Source: Mobula hypostoma (taxonomy: Eukaryota). From it: a DNA stretch of 64,000 nt. Below the pieces are notes generated by a model. That model did no database searches and had not been told where the DNA came from. It was given only the letters and a program-made list of their open reading frames with translations. A program made the translations under genes and the position numbers. Below are positions 12,900-24,680 of this stretch, piece by piece; positions within the stretch are counted from its first letter, which is position 1; the number at the start of each line of letters is the position of its first letter. The DNA lies in contig NC_086097.1 in NCBI RefSeq assembly GCF_963921235.1, positions 174,718,001 to 174,782,000 of the forward strand, given 5' to 3'.

Positions 12900-13905
12900 T
12901 GTGTATACGGCCCAGACCATCATGAGTAACACCCTCCACACCAGTGGGCACATCTATACGAAGCACTATCGCAGGAAAGCAACACCCATCACCAAGGACC
13001 CCCTCCATCCCGGTCAGGCTTGCTTCTCGCTGCTGCCATCAGGAAGAAGGTACAAGAGGCTCAGGACCCACGCCACCAAGTTCAGGAACAGTTATTACCT
13101 CTCATCTATCAGGCTCTTGAACCAAAGTTCATGGTACATTTATTATCAAAGTAGATACAGTACACATTATACAATCTTGAGATTCATCTCCTAACAGGGT
13201 GTCAGGAAACAAACCTAAAAGAACCGATAAAAAAAAGACTGGCAAACACCCAATGTGCAAAGAGAAAAAAACAAACCATACAAACAATAAATGCAGGCAA
13301 ATAGTGTTCAGAACTGAAGTCCACAGAGCGTTTGTCCACAAAGCCTTACTTTAGTGTAGGGCTGAGTAGACATCACAGAGCAGTGAGCTGAACTGGCCCG
13401 TCCCTCTCCTCGGGCCCCGACACCCCGAGCTTTCCAATCCGGCCTGGCACCTAAATATCATTCAAACATTGGGTTCAGTTGCTTCTATACCTTCTGGAGC
13501 CTGGACCCTGTCACCTCATTTCGGCCTGTACCCGACTTTTCTGATTCATCGTCCAAACATCGTGTTCAGACCAAAAAGATAACTTCACTCGCCTCCAGAA
13601 CTGAACTGTTCCCACGAGCTACGGACTCACCTTCAAGGACTCCCCATCTTATGATCTCAATATTTATTGCTTGCTTGCTTATTTGTTTGTTTGTTTATTT
13701 ATTTGTTATGTTTTTCTTCTCTTTTCGTATTTGCACAGTTTGTTGCATGTTTTATTTTGCACGTTGTTGACCAACCTGTTGGGACATTAATTCTATTTAG
13801 TTCCTAGTATTTACTGTGATTGCCCATAGGAAAATGAATCTCAGGATTGTATGCAGTGAGATATATAAACTTTGATAATAAATTTACTTTGAACTTCAAA
13901 CTCTT
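12900..13905 (+). mobile_element. Rex1-like LINE 3' end, interrupted by a minus-strand repeat at about 13126-13570
   Basis: KDPLHPGQACFSLLPSGRRYKRLRTHATKFRNSYY in ORF 12865-13194, and an aataaatttactttgaactt tail near 13880-13905. Confidence 0.7.
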
Positions 13906-14574
13906 GAAGTTTGCTTTCTGAACTCATGAACACGACCTTGTTTTCCCCTCTTGCACAATTTAATTTTGCAACTTTTAGTAATTTTTACGTTTTGCACTGT
14001 AACTACTGCCACCAAAGGACAAATGTCATGACATACAGTATGTCAGTGATGATAAACCTGATTCTGCTACTCATTCGAATGTCAGCTGGGGTGGGCGGTA
14101 AAGAGAGAAGCATGTCAATGCAAAGACACAGTAAATCAATGATAAATTGCACTTGTTTTGACAAGCTGCAACTTACAAGTGGTTCATCCATTGTTGTCGG
14201 AAGGAAGACTACAGGAGCTCAAGAGAATAGTTTCTTCCATGTTAAACAGCTTGTTTGTTTCCTTTTCATTAACCTGATCAAAAAGACTGTAAATGTTACT
14301 GATTTTCACCAAACTTCATTTGGAAGATATGTTGCCCATTTTATTGCACCAAGCAAAACCCTCCTACAGCAACAATTGTAATTAATTTAAACTCTTTGTT
14401 ACAGCAAACAAAAATCACATGATTTTGCTAACAGGGAGATCTTAAATAGATCTAGAATAAAAAGTCAGTTTTGTTAATAGAGGCCACAGACCTACTGGGA
14501 GGTAAAAATACTTCGGTCCTGTCGGGAAGGAAGTTTGTTCCTATTCTGTCTGGTCTACAAGTAACAGTGTGGTT

Positions 14575-16040
14575 AGAAACGTAGAAAACCTACAGCACAA
14601 TACAGGCCCTTCAGCCCACAAAGTTGTGCCGAACATGTCCCTACCTTAGAAATTACTAGGGTTACCCATAGCCCTCTATTTTTCTAAGCTCCATGTACCT
14701 ATCCAAAAGTCTCTTAAAAGACCCTATCGTATCCGCCTCCACCACCGTTGCTGGCAGCCCATTCCACACACTCACTACTCTCTGCGTAAATAACTTACCC
14801 CTGACATCTCCTCTGTACTTACTCCCAAGCATCTTAAACCTGTGCCCTCCTGTGGCAGCCATTTCAGCCCTGGGAAAAAGCCTCTGACTATCCACACAAT
14901 CAATGCCTCTCATTATCTTACACACCTCTATCAGGTCACCTCTCATCCTCCCGTCGCTCCAAGGAGTAAAGGCTGAATTCACTCAACCTGTTCTCATAAG
15001 GCATGCTCCCCAACCCAGCCAACATCCTTGTAAGTCTCCTCTGCACCCTTTCTATGGTTTCCACATCCTTCCTGTAGTGAGGCGACCAGAACTGAGCACA
15101 ATACTCCAAGTGGGGTCTGACCAGAGTCCTATATAGCTGCAACATTACCCCTTGGCTCCTAAATTCAATTCCACGATTAATGAAGGCCAATACACCGTGT
15201 GCCTTCTTTACCACAGAGTCAACCTGCGCAGCTGCTTTGAGCGTCCTATGGACTTGGACTCCAAGATCCCTCTGATCCTCCATTCCTGCCAAGAGTCTTA
15301 CCATTAATGCTATATTCTGCCATCATATTTGACCTACCACAATGAACCACTTCACACTTATCTGGGTTGAACTCCATCTGCCACTTCTCAGCCCAGTTTT
15401 GCATCCTATCAATGACTCGCTGTAACCGCTGACAGCCCTCCACACTATCCACAACGCCTCCAACCTTTGTATCATCAGCAAACTTACTAACCTATCCCTC
15501 CACTTCCCCATCCAGGTCATTTATAAAAATCATGAAGAGTAGGGGTCCCAGAACAGATCCCTGCGACACACCACTTGTCACCAACCTCCATGCAGAATAT
15601 GACCTGTCTACAACCACTCTTTGCTTTCTGTGGGCAAGCCAGTTCTGGATCCACAAAGCAATGCCCCCTTGGATCCCATGCCTCCTTACTTTCTCAATAA
15701 GCCTTGCATGGGGTACCTTATCAAATGCCTTGCTGTAATCCATATGCACTACATCTTTTGCTCTTCCTTCATCAATGTGTTTAGTCACATCCTCAAAAAA
15801 TTCAATCAAGCTCATAAGGCATGACCTGCCCTTGACAAAGCCATGCTGACTATTCCTAATCATATTAAACCTCTCCAAATGTTCATAAATCCTGCCTCTC
15901 AAGATCTTCTCCATCAACTTACCCACCACTGAAGTAAGACTCACTGGTCTATAATTTCCTGGGCTATCCCTACTCCCTTTCTTGAATAAAGGAACAACAT
16001 CCGCAACCCTCCAATCCTCTGGAACCTCTCCCATCCCCAC
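14575..16040 (-). mobile_element. CR1 LINE, 5'-truncated
   Basis: RT ORFs 15492-16040, 15246-15452, 14936-15304 and 14662-14982, an agaaacgtagaaaacctacag tail, and a possible GTT TSD. Confidence 0.93.
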
Positions 16041-16544
16041 GTTGATGTTGCCTGGCCCTTGGAAAGGGTTTGCCATTTAATTAAAGGTAGATAATAAATG
16101 CAAACAATGTCCAAACCCAGTGAATGAATGTAAACAAAACATAGCAACAATCAGAAGTTATTTTAATTTATCACTCTTTCAGCAGCTGAACAGCACCTGA
16201 AATGCCAGCATTATTTGCCTCAGCACCAATTGTCTTTGAACACTACAGTAAAGTCCACAGCTTTGGTACCCTGTTGCAGGAAAGACATTATTCAGCTGGA
16301 AAGAGTGCAAAGAAGATTTATGTGAATATTGCCAGGACTTGAGAGCCTGAGTTATCGGGAATGGTTGGACAGGCTACCAAATTTGTTCCCTGCAGCATTG
16401 GAGATTTGGGGTAATCTCCTAGAGGTGTTGAAAATCATGATTGCCATGGATAAGGGGAATGCACACTGACTTTTTCCTAATGAACGTGAGAGAAAGAGAG
16501 TGTGAGTATGAGAGTGTTTGTGAGTGAGCTAGATAAGTAGATAT

Positions 16545-16675
16545 AGATATCTGCAGATGCTGGAAATCCAAAGCAACACACATAAAATGCTGGAGGAACT
16601 CAGCAAGCCAGGAAGCATTTATGGAAAGGAGTAAATGGTCAATGTTTCGGCTGAGACCCTTCTTCAGGACGAGAA
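16545..16675 (-). mobile_element. Penelope-derived short repeat with a minimal hammerhead-like core
   Basis: Contains atgctggaggaactcagc. The minus strand reads gtcCTGAAGAagggtctcagccGAAAcatt. Confidence 0.6.
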
Positions 16676-17042
16676 GCTGATTTCTTGGCCACCACTGACA
16701 GATTGAATATGGGGTGATCGAGAGATTGACATTGGCAAGCTATTGATGTCTCAAAGGGAGACAGCACTGGAGGAGTTCACAGAGAGCTGAAGGGCCGAAT
16801 CTGTGCAATAATAAGTAAACCAGAAATTGTTGGCAAACTCAGCATTTCAGTCAGCATCTTTGGAATGCAAAAGAGTTCGCATTTCAAATCTGGAACCCTC
16901 CAGGTGTTTGTAGAGTACAGCAATGGTGGACCAAAGGGAATTCCTGTGACAGTGTAAAATAATCCAACTCTTCAATAGTCAATAGTCAATAGTCATACTT
17001 TATTGATCTCGGGGGAAATTGGTTTTCGTTATAGTTGCACCA

Positions 17043-17200
17043 TAAATAATAAATAGTAATAGAAATAGTAATAGTAATATTACTATTAGTAAATAGTTAT
17101 TAGTAATAGTCATAGAAATAATAATAGTAATAGAATAGTAATAGAAAATAGAAATAAATAGTTAAATAGTAATATGTAAATTATGCCAGTAAATTATGAA
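17043..17200. repeat. AT-rich (AATAGT)-like low-complexity tract in the Rex 3'UTR
   Basis: Repeated aatagt/aatagaa units. Confidence 0.85.
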
Positions 17201-19012
17201 ATAAATCCAGGACCAGCCTATCGGCTCAGGGTGTCTGACCCTCCAAGGGAGGAGTTGTAAAGTTTGATGGCCACAGGCAGGAATGACTTCCTATGATGCT
17301 CTGTGCTGCATCTCGGAGGAATGAGTCTCTGGCTGAATGTACTCCTGTACCCAACAAGTACATTACGTAGTGGATGGGAGACATTGACCAAGATGGCATG
17401 CAACTTAAGACAGCATCCTCTTTTCAGACACCACCGTCAGAGAGTCCAGTTCCATCCCCACAACATCACTGGCCTTAGGAATGAGTTTGTTGATTCTGTT
17501 GGTGTCTGCTACCCTCAGCCTGCTGCCCCAACACAGAACAGCAAACATGATCGCACTGGCCACCACAGACTCGTAGAACATCCTCAGCATCATCTGGCAG
17601 ATGTTAAAGGACCTCAGTCTACTCAGGAAATAGAGATGGCTCCGACTCTTCTTGTAGACAGCCTCAGTGTTCTTTGACCAGTCCAGTTTATTGTCAATTC
17701 GTATCCCCAGGTATTTGTAATCCTCCACCATGTTCACATTGACCCCCTGGATGGAAACAGGGGTCACCGGTACCTTAGCTCTCCTCAGGTCTACCACCAG
17801 CTCCTTAATCTTTTTTCACATTAAGCTGCAGATAATTCTACTCACACCATGTGACAAAGTTTCCTACCGTAGCCCTGTACTCAACCTCATCTCCCTTGCT
17901 GATACATCCAACTATGGCAGAGTCATCAGAAAACTTCTGAAGATGACAAGACTCTGTGCAGTAGTTGAAGTCCGAGGTGTAAATGGTGAAGAGAAAGGGA
18001 GACAAGACAGTCCCCTGTGGAGCCCCAGTGCTGCTGATCACTCTGTCGGACACACAGTGTTGTGAGCACACGTACTGTGGTCTGCCAGTCAGGTAATCAA
18101 GAATCCATGATACCAGGGAAGCATTCACCTGCATCGCTGTCAGCTTCTCCCCCAGCAGAGCAGATGGCGTTGAATGCACTGGAGAAGTCAAAAAACATGA
18201 CCCTCACAGTGCTCGCTGGCTTGTCCAGGTGGGCGTAGACACGGTTCAGCAGGTAGACGATGGCATCCTCAACTCCTAGTCGGGGCTGGTAGGCGAACTG
18301 GAGGGGATCTAAGTGTGGCCTGACCATAGGCCGGAGCAGTTCCAGAACAAGTCTCTCCAGGGTCTTCATGATGTGGGAGGTCAATGCCACCGGTCTGTAG
18401 TCATTGAGGCTGCTGGGGCGCGGCGTCTTCGGCACAGGGACGAGGCAGGACGTCTTCCACAATACAGGAACCCTCCGGAGCCTCAGGCTCAGGTTGAATA
18501 CATGGTGAAGTACTCCACATAGCTGAGGGGCACAGGCTTTGAGCACCCTGATACTGACACCATCCGGTCCTGCAGCCTTGCTTGGGTTGAGACATTTCAG
18601 CTGTCTTCTCACCTGTTCAGCTGTGAAGCCCACCATGGTGGTTTTGTGTGGGGGAGGGGTATAGTCATGAGAGCAGGGTAGGGGACTGTGAGGAGGGGTA
18701 GGAGGGGAGAGTGGAATATGTGTTGGTTGGGGGCCGACAACAGATGGCTCATATGGGGGATGGGCAGGGGTCACAATGTCAAATCTGTTAACAAACAGGT
18801 TAAGTTCGTTGGCCCTGTCCACACTGTCTTCAGCTCCTCTGTTGCTAGTTTGCCGAAACCCTGTGATGGTCCTCATCCCCCTCCAGACCTCTCTCATGTT
18901 GTTCTGCTGGAGTTTCCACTCAAGCTTCCTCCTGTACCTGTCTTTAGCCTCCCTTATCCTGGCTTTCAGGTCCCTCAGTATTGCCCTCAGCTCCTCCCTA
19001 TTTCCATCTCTA

Positions 19013-22000
19013 TTCTTTCTTTTTAAATCTTTTTATTGAATAAGTATACAAAAAAGGTAAGCCATATAAACATTAATACAATGTTAAAGTATAATAAAAT
19101 TCCAAAAGGTATCAATACCAAAAAAAAACTACAAACAATGTAATTTAAACATAAGAAACCAAGATAACATAATAGTATACTAAATTTTATATATATCAAT
19201 GGAAAAAAAAAGAAAAAAAAACCCCAAAAAAAAACCCACCGTGCAACTAACTAAAAGCAAAGCAAAGCAATGGGCTAACTTGAAACCAAACAGAGTTAAA
19301 CTTAAAATCACGTCCTCAATCCCGACCTCCATTAAAAACAGTGAAAAAAAAACAAGAAGGGTAAATATTACATTAAATGAAAATATCGAATAAAAGGTCC
19401 CCAAATCTGTTCAAATTTAAATGAAGAATCATAAAGGTTACTTCTAATTTTCTCCAAATTCAAACATAAAATCGTCTGAGAAAACCAAAAAAAGGTAGTT
19501 GGAGCATTAAGCTCTTTCCAATGTTGTAAAATACATCTTTTCGCCATTAAAGTAAGAAATGCAATCATTCTACGGGCTGAAGGGGAAAGATTACTAGAAA
19601 TTTTAGGTAGTCCAAAGATAGCAGTAATAGGGTGAGGAGAGATATCTATATTTAATACCTTAGAAATAATATTAAAAATATCTCTCCAAAAAGTTTCCAA
19701 AGTAGGGCAAGACCAAAACATATGAGTTAAAGAGGCTATCTGCCCCGAACATCTATCACAGAAAGGATTAATATGCGAGTAAAAACGCGCTAACTTATCT
19801 TTGGACATATGTGCTCTATGAACCACTTTAAATTGAATTAGGGAATGTTTAGCACAAATAGAGGAAGTATTAACTAATTGTAAAATCTGCCCCCAATCAT
19901 CCACAGAAATGGTAAGCCCCAATTCCTGTTCCCAATCTACCCTAATCTTATCAAATGGAGCTTTCCTAAGTTTCATAATAATATTATAAATCATAGCCGA
20001 TGCATCTTTCTGACATGGATTGAGGTTAATTATCGAATCTAAAATATATGTAGGAGGAAGCATTGGAAAGGAAGAAAGTATAGTACTTAGGAAATTTCTA
20101 ACTTGTAAATATCTAAAAAAGTGTATTCTTGATAAGTTATATTTATTAGATAATTGTTCAAAAGACATAAGGGAACCATCTAAAAATAAATCCAAAAACC
20201 GTAAAATACCCTTAGTCTTCCAAGTTTGAAAAGCGCGATCCGTAAAAGAGGGAGGAAAAAATATGTTACCTAAAATAGGAATCGCTAACCCGAATTGATT
20301 AAGATCAAAAAATTTTCTGAATTGAAACCAAATGCGCAAAGCATATTTAACTATCGGGTTAGAGACCTGCTTAAGGCGTTTCGAATCAAAAGGGAGAGAG
20401 GAGCCTAAAATAGAGCCAAGTGTATAACCCTGAACAGATTGTAGTTCCAATGCTACCCATTTAGGAATAGATAGTATGTCCTGATCAAGTAACCAAAATT
20501 TCATATGTCGAATATTAATAGCCCAATAATAGAATCTAAAGTTAGGTAATGCTAAACCTCCATCTCTCTTAGCTTTCTGTAAATGTATTTTACCCAGTCT
20601 CGGATTCTTATTCTGCCAAATAAATGAAGAAATTTTAGAGTCAACTTTATCAAAGAAAGATTTTGGAACAAAAATTGGTAATGCCTGAAACACATATAAA
20701 AATTTTGGCAAAAAAAACATCTTAACTGCATTAATACGACCAATCAAAGTTAAATATAAGGGAAACCATTTAGATGAAAGTTGAGTAATATGGTCTATTA
20801 ATGGTAAAAAGTTAGTCTTAAACAAATCTTTGTATTTACAAGTAATTTTAATCCCAAAATATGAGAAATAATTATTAATCAATTTAAATGGAAATTTATA
20901 ATATAAGGGAAGATGTTTATTAATCGGAAAAAGTTCACTCTTACTAAGATTTAATTTATAACCTGAAAAAAAACCAAATTGTGCTAATAACTCTAAAACA
21001 GCAGGAATGGATTTCTCAGGATTAGAAATATATAAAAGTAAATCATCAGCATAGAGTGATAATTTATGGGACTTTAATCCCCGAGTTATCCCAGTAATAT
21101 TTGAAGATTCTCGAATAGCAATTGCAAGAGGTTCTAATGCAATATCAAATAATAGGGGACTAAGAGGACAGCCTTGTCGAGTACCTCGAAAGAGAGGAAA
21201 AAAAGGTGAGTTTAAAGAGTTAGTACGAACCGAGGCTACAGGGGAATGATATAACAGTTTAATCCAGGATATAAATTTCAAGCTAAAATTAAACATTTCA
21301 AGCACCTTAAATAAATAAGGCCATTCTACTCTATCAAAAGCTTTCTCGGCATCTAAAGAAATAACACACTCAGGAACATTTTGTGAGGGAGTATAAACGA
21401 TATTTAACAATGTACGAATATTATAAAAAGAGTAACGACCTTTAATAAAACCCGTTTGGTCTTCCGAAATAATAGAAGGAAGTACTTTTTCTAGTCTATT
21501 TGCTAATAACTTAGAAAAAACTTTAGAGTCAACATTTAATAAAGATATTGGTCTATAAGATGCACATTGAGCAGGGTCTTTAACCTTCTTAAGTATTAGA
21601 GAAATTGATGCTCTATTAAAAGATTCAGGAAGTTTACCAAGTTTCAGAGAAGCCTCAAAAACCCTACAGAGCCAAGGGATCAATAAAGAAGCAAAACATT
21701 TATAAAATTCAACGGTAAACCCATCCGGGCCAGGAGCTTTCCCCAGATTCATAGAAAAAATAACATTCTTAATCTCATCCATTGTAATGGAAGTATCTAA
21801 TAAAGAAGACATATCCTGTGAAATCTGAGGGAAGTCTAACTTATCTAAAAAATCATTCATATATTTAGAATCTCGAGGAGACTCTGATTGATATAAAGAA
21901 GAATAAAAATCACAAAAGGTTTGATTAATCCCCACATGATCCAGTATCAATCGATCATTTTGGTTATAAATCTGATTGATTTGAGATTTAACATAATTAG

Positions 22001-22680
22001 ATTTCAATTGATTAGCCAGCAGCTTGCCAATTTTGTCACTGTGAACATAAAAGTCACTTCTTGTTTTCTTTAATTGGTTTACAATCAAGGACGAGAGTAG
22101 TAAACTGTGTTCCATTTGAAGTTCAGTTCTTTGTTTGTATAACTCCTCAGAAGGAGCCATAACATATTTCTTATCAATTTCTTTAATCTTGTCCACAATT
22201 GCCATCTCCTCCTGCTTCTGTTTCTTCCTCAAAGCAGCAGAATACGAAATAATCTGACCCCGAATATAGGCTTTAAAGGTGTCCCAAAGAGTGTTAACCG
22301 AAATATCCTCTGTATGGTTAATTGTAAAAAAAAGCTCAATCTGTTCATTCATAAAGTTAACAAAGTCCGAGTCCTGAAGCAACAGCGAATTGAAACGCCA
22401 TTGTCTATTATTTGGTATATTGGCCATAATTTTAATAGAAAGCTTAAGTGGAGCATGATCCGAAATGGTTATAGAATCATAATCACATTTAATCACTGAA
22501 GGAATAAGACGAGAATCAATAAAAAAATAATCAATTCTTGAATAGGAATGATGAACATGTGAAAAGAAGGAAAAATCTTTTTCCTGAGGATGCAGAAAAC
22601 GCCAAATGTCCGTCGACCCAGAATCAGAAAGGAAAAAATTAATCAAATTTGCAGATTTATTAGGTAAGGTCCGTAAAGGA
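19013..22680 (-). mobile_element. L1-clade LINE, 5'-truncated, very young
   Basis: Perfect 14-bp TSD TATTTCCATCTCTA at 18999-19012 and 22681-22694. AATAAA lies at 19037-19032 on the minus strand, followed by an A/GAAA tail. Confidence 0.95.
19368..22679 (-). CDS. L1 ORF2 (C-terminal part of APE endonuclease, RT, C-terminal Cys/His knuckle). The frame is open but the N-terminus is missing.
   Basis: 1092-aa ORF, open further up to the truncation junction. Motifs include YSRIDYFF..SDHAP, KAPGPDG, YRPISLLN, SLDAEKAFD, GTRQGCPLSP, LYADD and CDRC..HMFWSC. Confidence 0.93.
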   Translation of the reverse strand, partial: PLRTLPNKSANLINFFLSDSGSTDIWRFLHPQEKDFSFFSHVHHSYSRIDYFFIDSRLIPSVIKCDYDSITISDHAPLKLSIKIMANIPNNRQWRFNSLLLQDSDFVNFMNEQIELFFTINHTEDISVNTLWDTFKAYIRGQIISYSAALRKKQKQEEMAIVDKIKEIDKKYVMAPSEELYKQRTELQMEHSLLLSSLIVNQLKKTRSDFYVHSDKIGKLLANQLKSNYVKSQINQIYNQNDRLILDHVGINQTFCDFYSSLYQSESPRDSKYMNDFLDKLDFPQISQDMSSLLDTSITMDEIKNVIFSMNLGKAPGPDGFTVEFYKCFASLLIPWLCRVFEASLKLGKLPESFNRASISLILKKVKDPAQCASYRPISLLNVDSKVFSKLLANRLEKVLPSIISEDQTGFIKGRYSFYNIRTLLNIVYTPSQNVPECVISLDAEKAFDRVEWPYLFKVLEMFNFSLKFISWIKLLYHSPVASVRTNSLNSPFFPLFRGTRQGCPLSPLLFDIALEPLAIAIRESSNITGITRGLKSHKLSLYADDLLLYISNPEKSIPAVLELLAQFGFFSGYKLNLSKSELFPINKHLPLYYKFPFKLINNYFSYFGIKITCKYKDLFKTNFLPLIDHITQLSSKWFPLYLTLIGRINAVKMFFLPKFLYVFQALPIFVPKSFFDKVDSKISSFIWQNKNPRLGKIHLQKAKRDGGLALPNFRFYYWAINIRHMKFWLLDQDILSIPKWVALELQSVQGYTLGSILGSSLPFDSKRLKQVSNPIVKYALRIWFQFRKFFDLNQFGLAIPILGNIFFPPSFTDRAFQTWKTKGILRFLDLFLDGSLMSFEQLSNKYNLSRIHFFRYLQVRNFLSTILSSFPMLPPTYILDSIINLNPCQKDASAMIYNIIMKLRKAPFDKIRVDWEQELGLTISVDDWGQILQLVNTSSICAKHSLIQFKVVHRAHMSKDKLARFYSHINPFCDRCSGQIASLTHMFWSCPTLETFWRDIFNIISKVLNIDISPHPITAIFGLPKISSNLSPSARRMIAFLTLMAKRCILQHWKELNAPTTFFWFSQTILCLNLEKIRSNLYDSSFKFEQIWGPFIRYFHLM

Positions 22681-23619
22681 TATTTCCATCTCTAAACGCC
22701 CTCTTTTTAGCGTTCAGGATGTCCTTAATGTCCTTTGTCACCCATGGCTTGTTATTTGAATAACAAAAGTCAGTTCTTGTCGGAACATTGCAGTCCACAC
22801 AGAAGTTAATGTAATCAGTGATGCATTCTGTGAGCCCATCAATATCCTCTCCATGTGGCTCACAGAGTGCCTGCCAGTTTGTCACCTCAAAACAACCCTG
22901 GAGTGCCTCATAAGCCTCCTCCGACCACTTCCTCACTGTCCTCGAGGTTGCAGGTTTACTCTTCACCAGAGGCACGTAGCAGGGTTTGAGATGCACCATG
23001 TTGTGATCTGACCTTCCCAGTGGGGGGAGGGGAGAAGAGCTGTATGCATCCTTAACATTAGCGTACATCAAATCCAGAGTCCTCTCCCCTCTGGTTGTAC
23101 AGCTCACATACTATGTGAAGTCAAGGGGGCAGTTTGCTTTGTAATGTGTGTCTGTGTAAATGTTCAACAGACTGGTTAACTGGGACACTCCCAATAGGCC
23201 TGACAATACAAACAAAGAGGAGATGGTGGAAAAATGGCAGTTCTGGTACAGTTAAGACTTAAAATGAAGACTCTGCTTAACCAGAATCTAGTGAAAGGTC
23301 AACTATCCAAATCATTAACTTTGCTTTTCTTTTGTCTCCTCAGATGCTGCTTGGTCCTACTGAGTTTCAGTTTTTATTTCACTTTTCCTGCATCTGCAGT
23401 TTCGACAGTCCTTTGAAAGAGAAATCCATTTAGTCTGCGTGCTCTCCACTTTTTAAGGCATCCCTTTCCAAATGCAGATCCTACTACCGCATCTGCCTTT
23501 CTGACAAAGCATGTCAGTTCATAAACATTGTTTCTCACAATATTCTCTTTAATTACTCTAGTCTCTTTAGCAAATCACCTTCTCTAACTTGAGGTCCTTC
23601 CGGCAATTTTCCTTTACAT

Positions 23620-24095
23620 CGTAAAGGCGCAGAAGAGGTTCACCAGGATATTGCCTGGATTGAAGAGCATTACCTGTAAGGAAAGCTTGGACAAACTTGG
23701 ATTGTTTTATCTGGAGCATCAGAGACTTGATAGAGGTTTATAAAATTATGAGAAGCATAGACATGGTATTTAGAGCCTTTTTCCCCAGATGAAAATATCA
23801 TATGCTGGAGGGCACAGCTTTAAGGTGAAAGGGCAGAGGAGAAAGATTAAAGGAGAATTACAAGGCATGCTTTTATTCAACAAGAAGAGTGGTAGGTGCC
23901 TGGAACTTACTGTCATAGAAACTGAGGGAAGCAGATATGAAAGCAATATTTCAGGGGCTCTAGACAGCCTCGTGAACAGGTAGGGAATGAAGGAATGTAG
24001 ACCATGTGCAGGCAGAGATACAGTTTAAATTGTCATTATTGTTAGCACAGACATCATGGGCCAAAGGGCCTGCTTCTGTTTATACTGTTCTATAT
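23620..24095 (+). mobile_element. Old CR1 3' fragment
   Basis: gcagaagaggttcaccaggatattgcctgg..gggcacagctttaaggtg..gggccaaagggcctg tail. Confidence 0.75.
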
Positions 24096-24359
24096 CCTCT
24101 TTTCTGAAAGACACTTCATATTGTTAATTTATGAATATAAATTTTCTCTCTCTAAAAGCAACATCAGTTTCTCCAGACGTTTTGTGTAACTGATGCTTCA
24201 TCCCTGGGACCATTCTTGTGAGTTTCCTTTCTACCACGTGTGAACACTCCAGCTAGGACCTGAACTAATGCATCACTAGCAGAGTGTGTGCTGAAATCCA
24301 TCCCTAAGACTAGAGCGTTTTGTACACAAACACAGCAGAGACTTCGCTGGATGTTAATG

Positions 24360-24680
24360 GAAATCTAGTGGCACAGATAGTAGAGCCGCTGCCCCTCAAC
24401 ATCAGAAACCCAGCTTCAATTCTGACTTCAGATGCTGTCTTCGTGGAGTTTGCATGTTCACTTTGTTACCACATGGGTTCCCTCAGGTGCTCCACTTTTC
24501 TCCCACATATTAATTGGCTTCTGTAAGTTGCTTTGGTGTGTAGCTGAGTGGCAGAACCTGAGGGAGTTGAGAATAAAAGATGGGATTGGTGCAGGATTAG
24601 TGTAAATGGGTGGTTGATAGTTCTCATATACTCATTGGAGTGAAGGGCTTGATTTAATGCTGTATTCCTCCAGGACTCTG
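24360..24680 (+). mobile_element. V-SINE/HE1-like SINE
   Basis: tRNA-like head followed by gtggagtttgcatgttc..gggttccctcaggtgctccacttttctcccaca (V-domain-like). Confidence 0.7.

Larger units (their letters stand above)
16973..23120 (-). mobile_element. Rex1/Babar LINE, 5'-truncated in EN, split by an L1 insertion
   Basis: TLDLMYANVKDAY..LGRSDHN (22695-23107), KAAGPDG..DYRPVALTS..DPLQFAYQ..FFDFSSAFN (18097-18897) and GAPQGTVLSPFLF..KFSDDS. A (GACTATT)n tail lies at 16973-16995. The frame rejoins across the L1 as AFRDGN|REELRAIL. Confidence 0.93.

Noticed and set aside
14176..14276. Minus-strand coding exon (tttttgatcag..gtaagt)
   Set aside because: The splice-like ends are plausible but all three frames contain stops. 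It is non-coding at best and unsupported.
19368..22646. 1092-aa ORF as a cellular gene or autonomous element
   Set aside because: It is L1 ORF2 truncated inside the endonuclease and bounded by a TSD. The listed start is an internal TTG.
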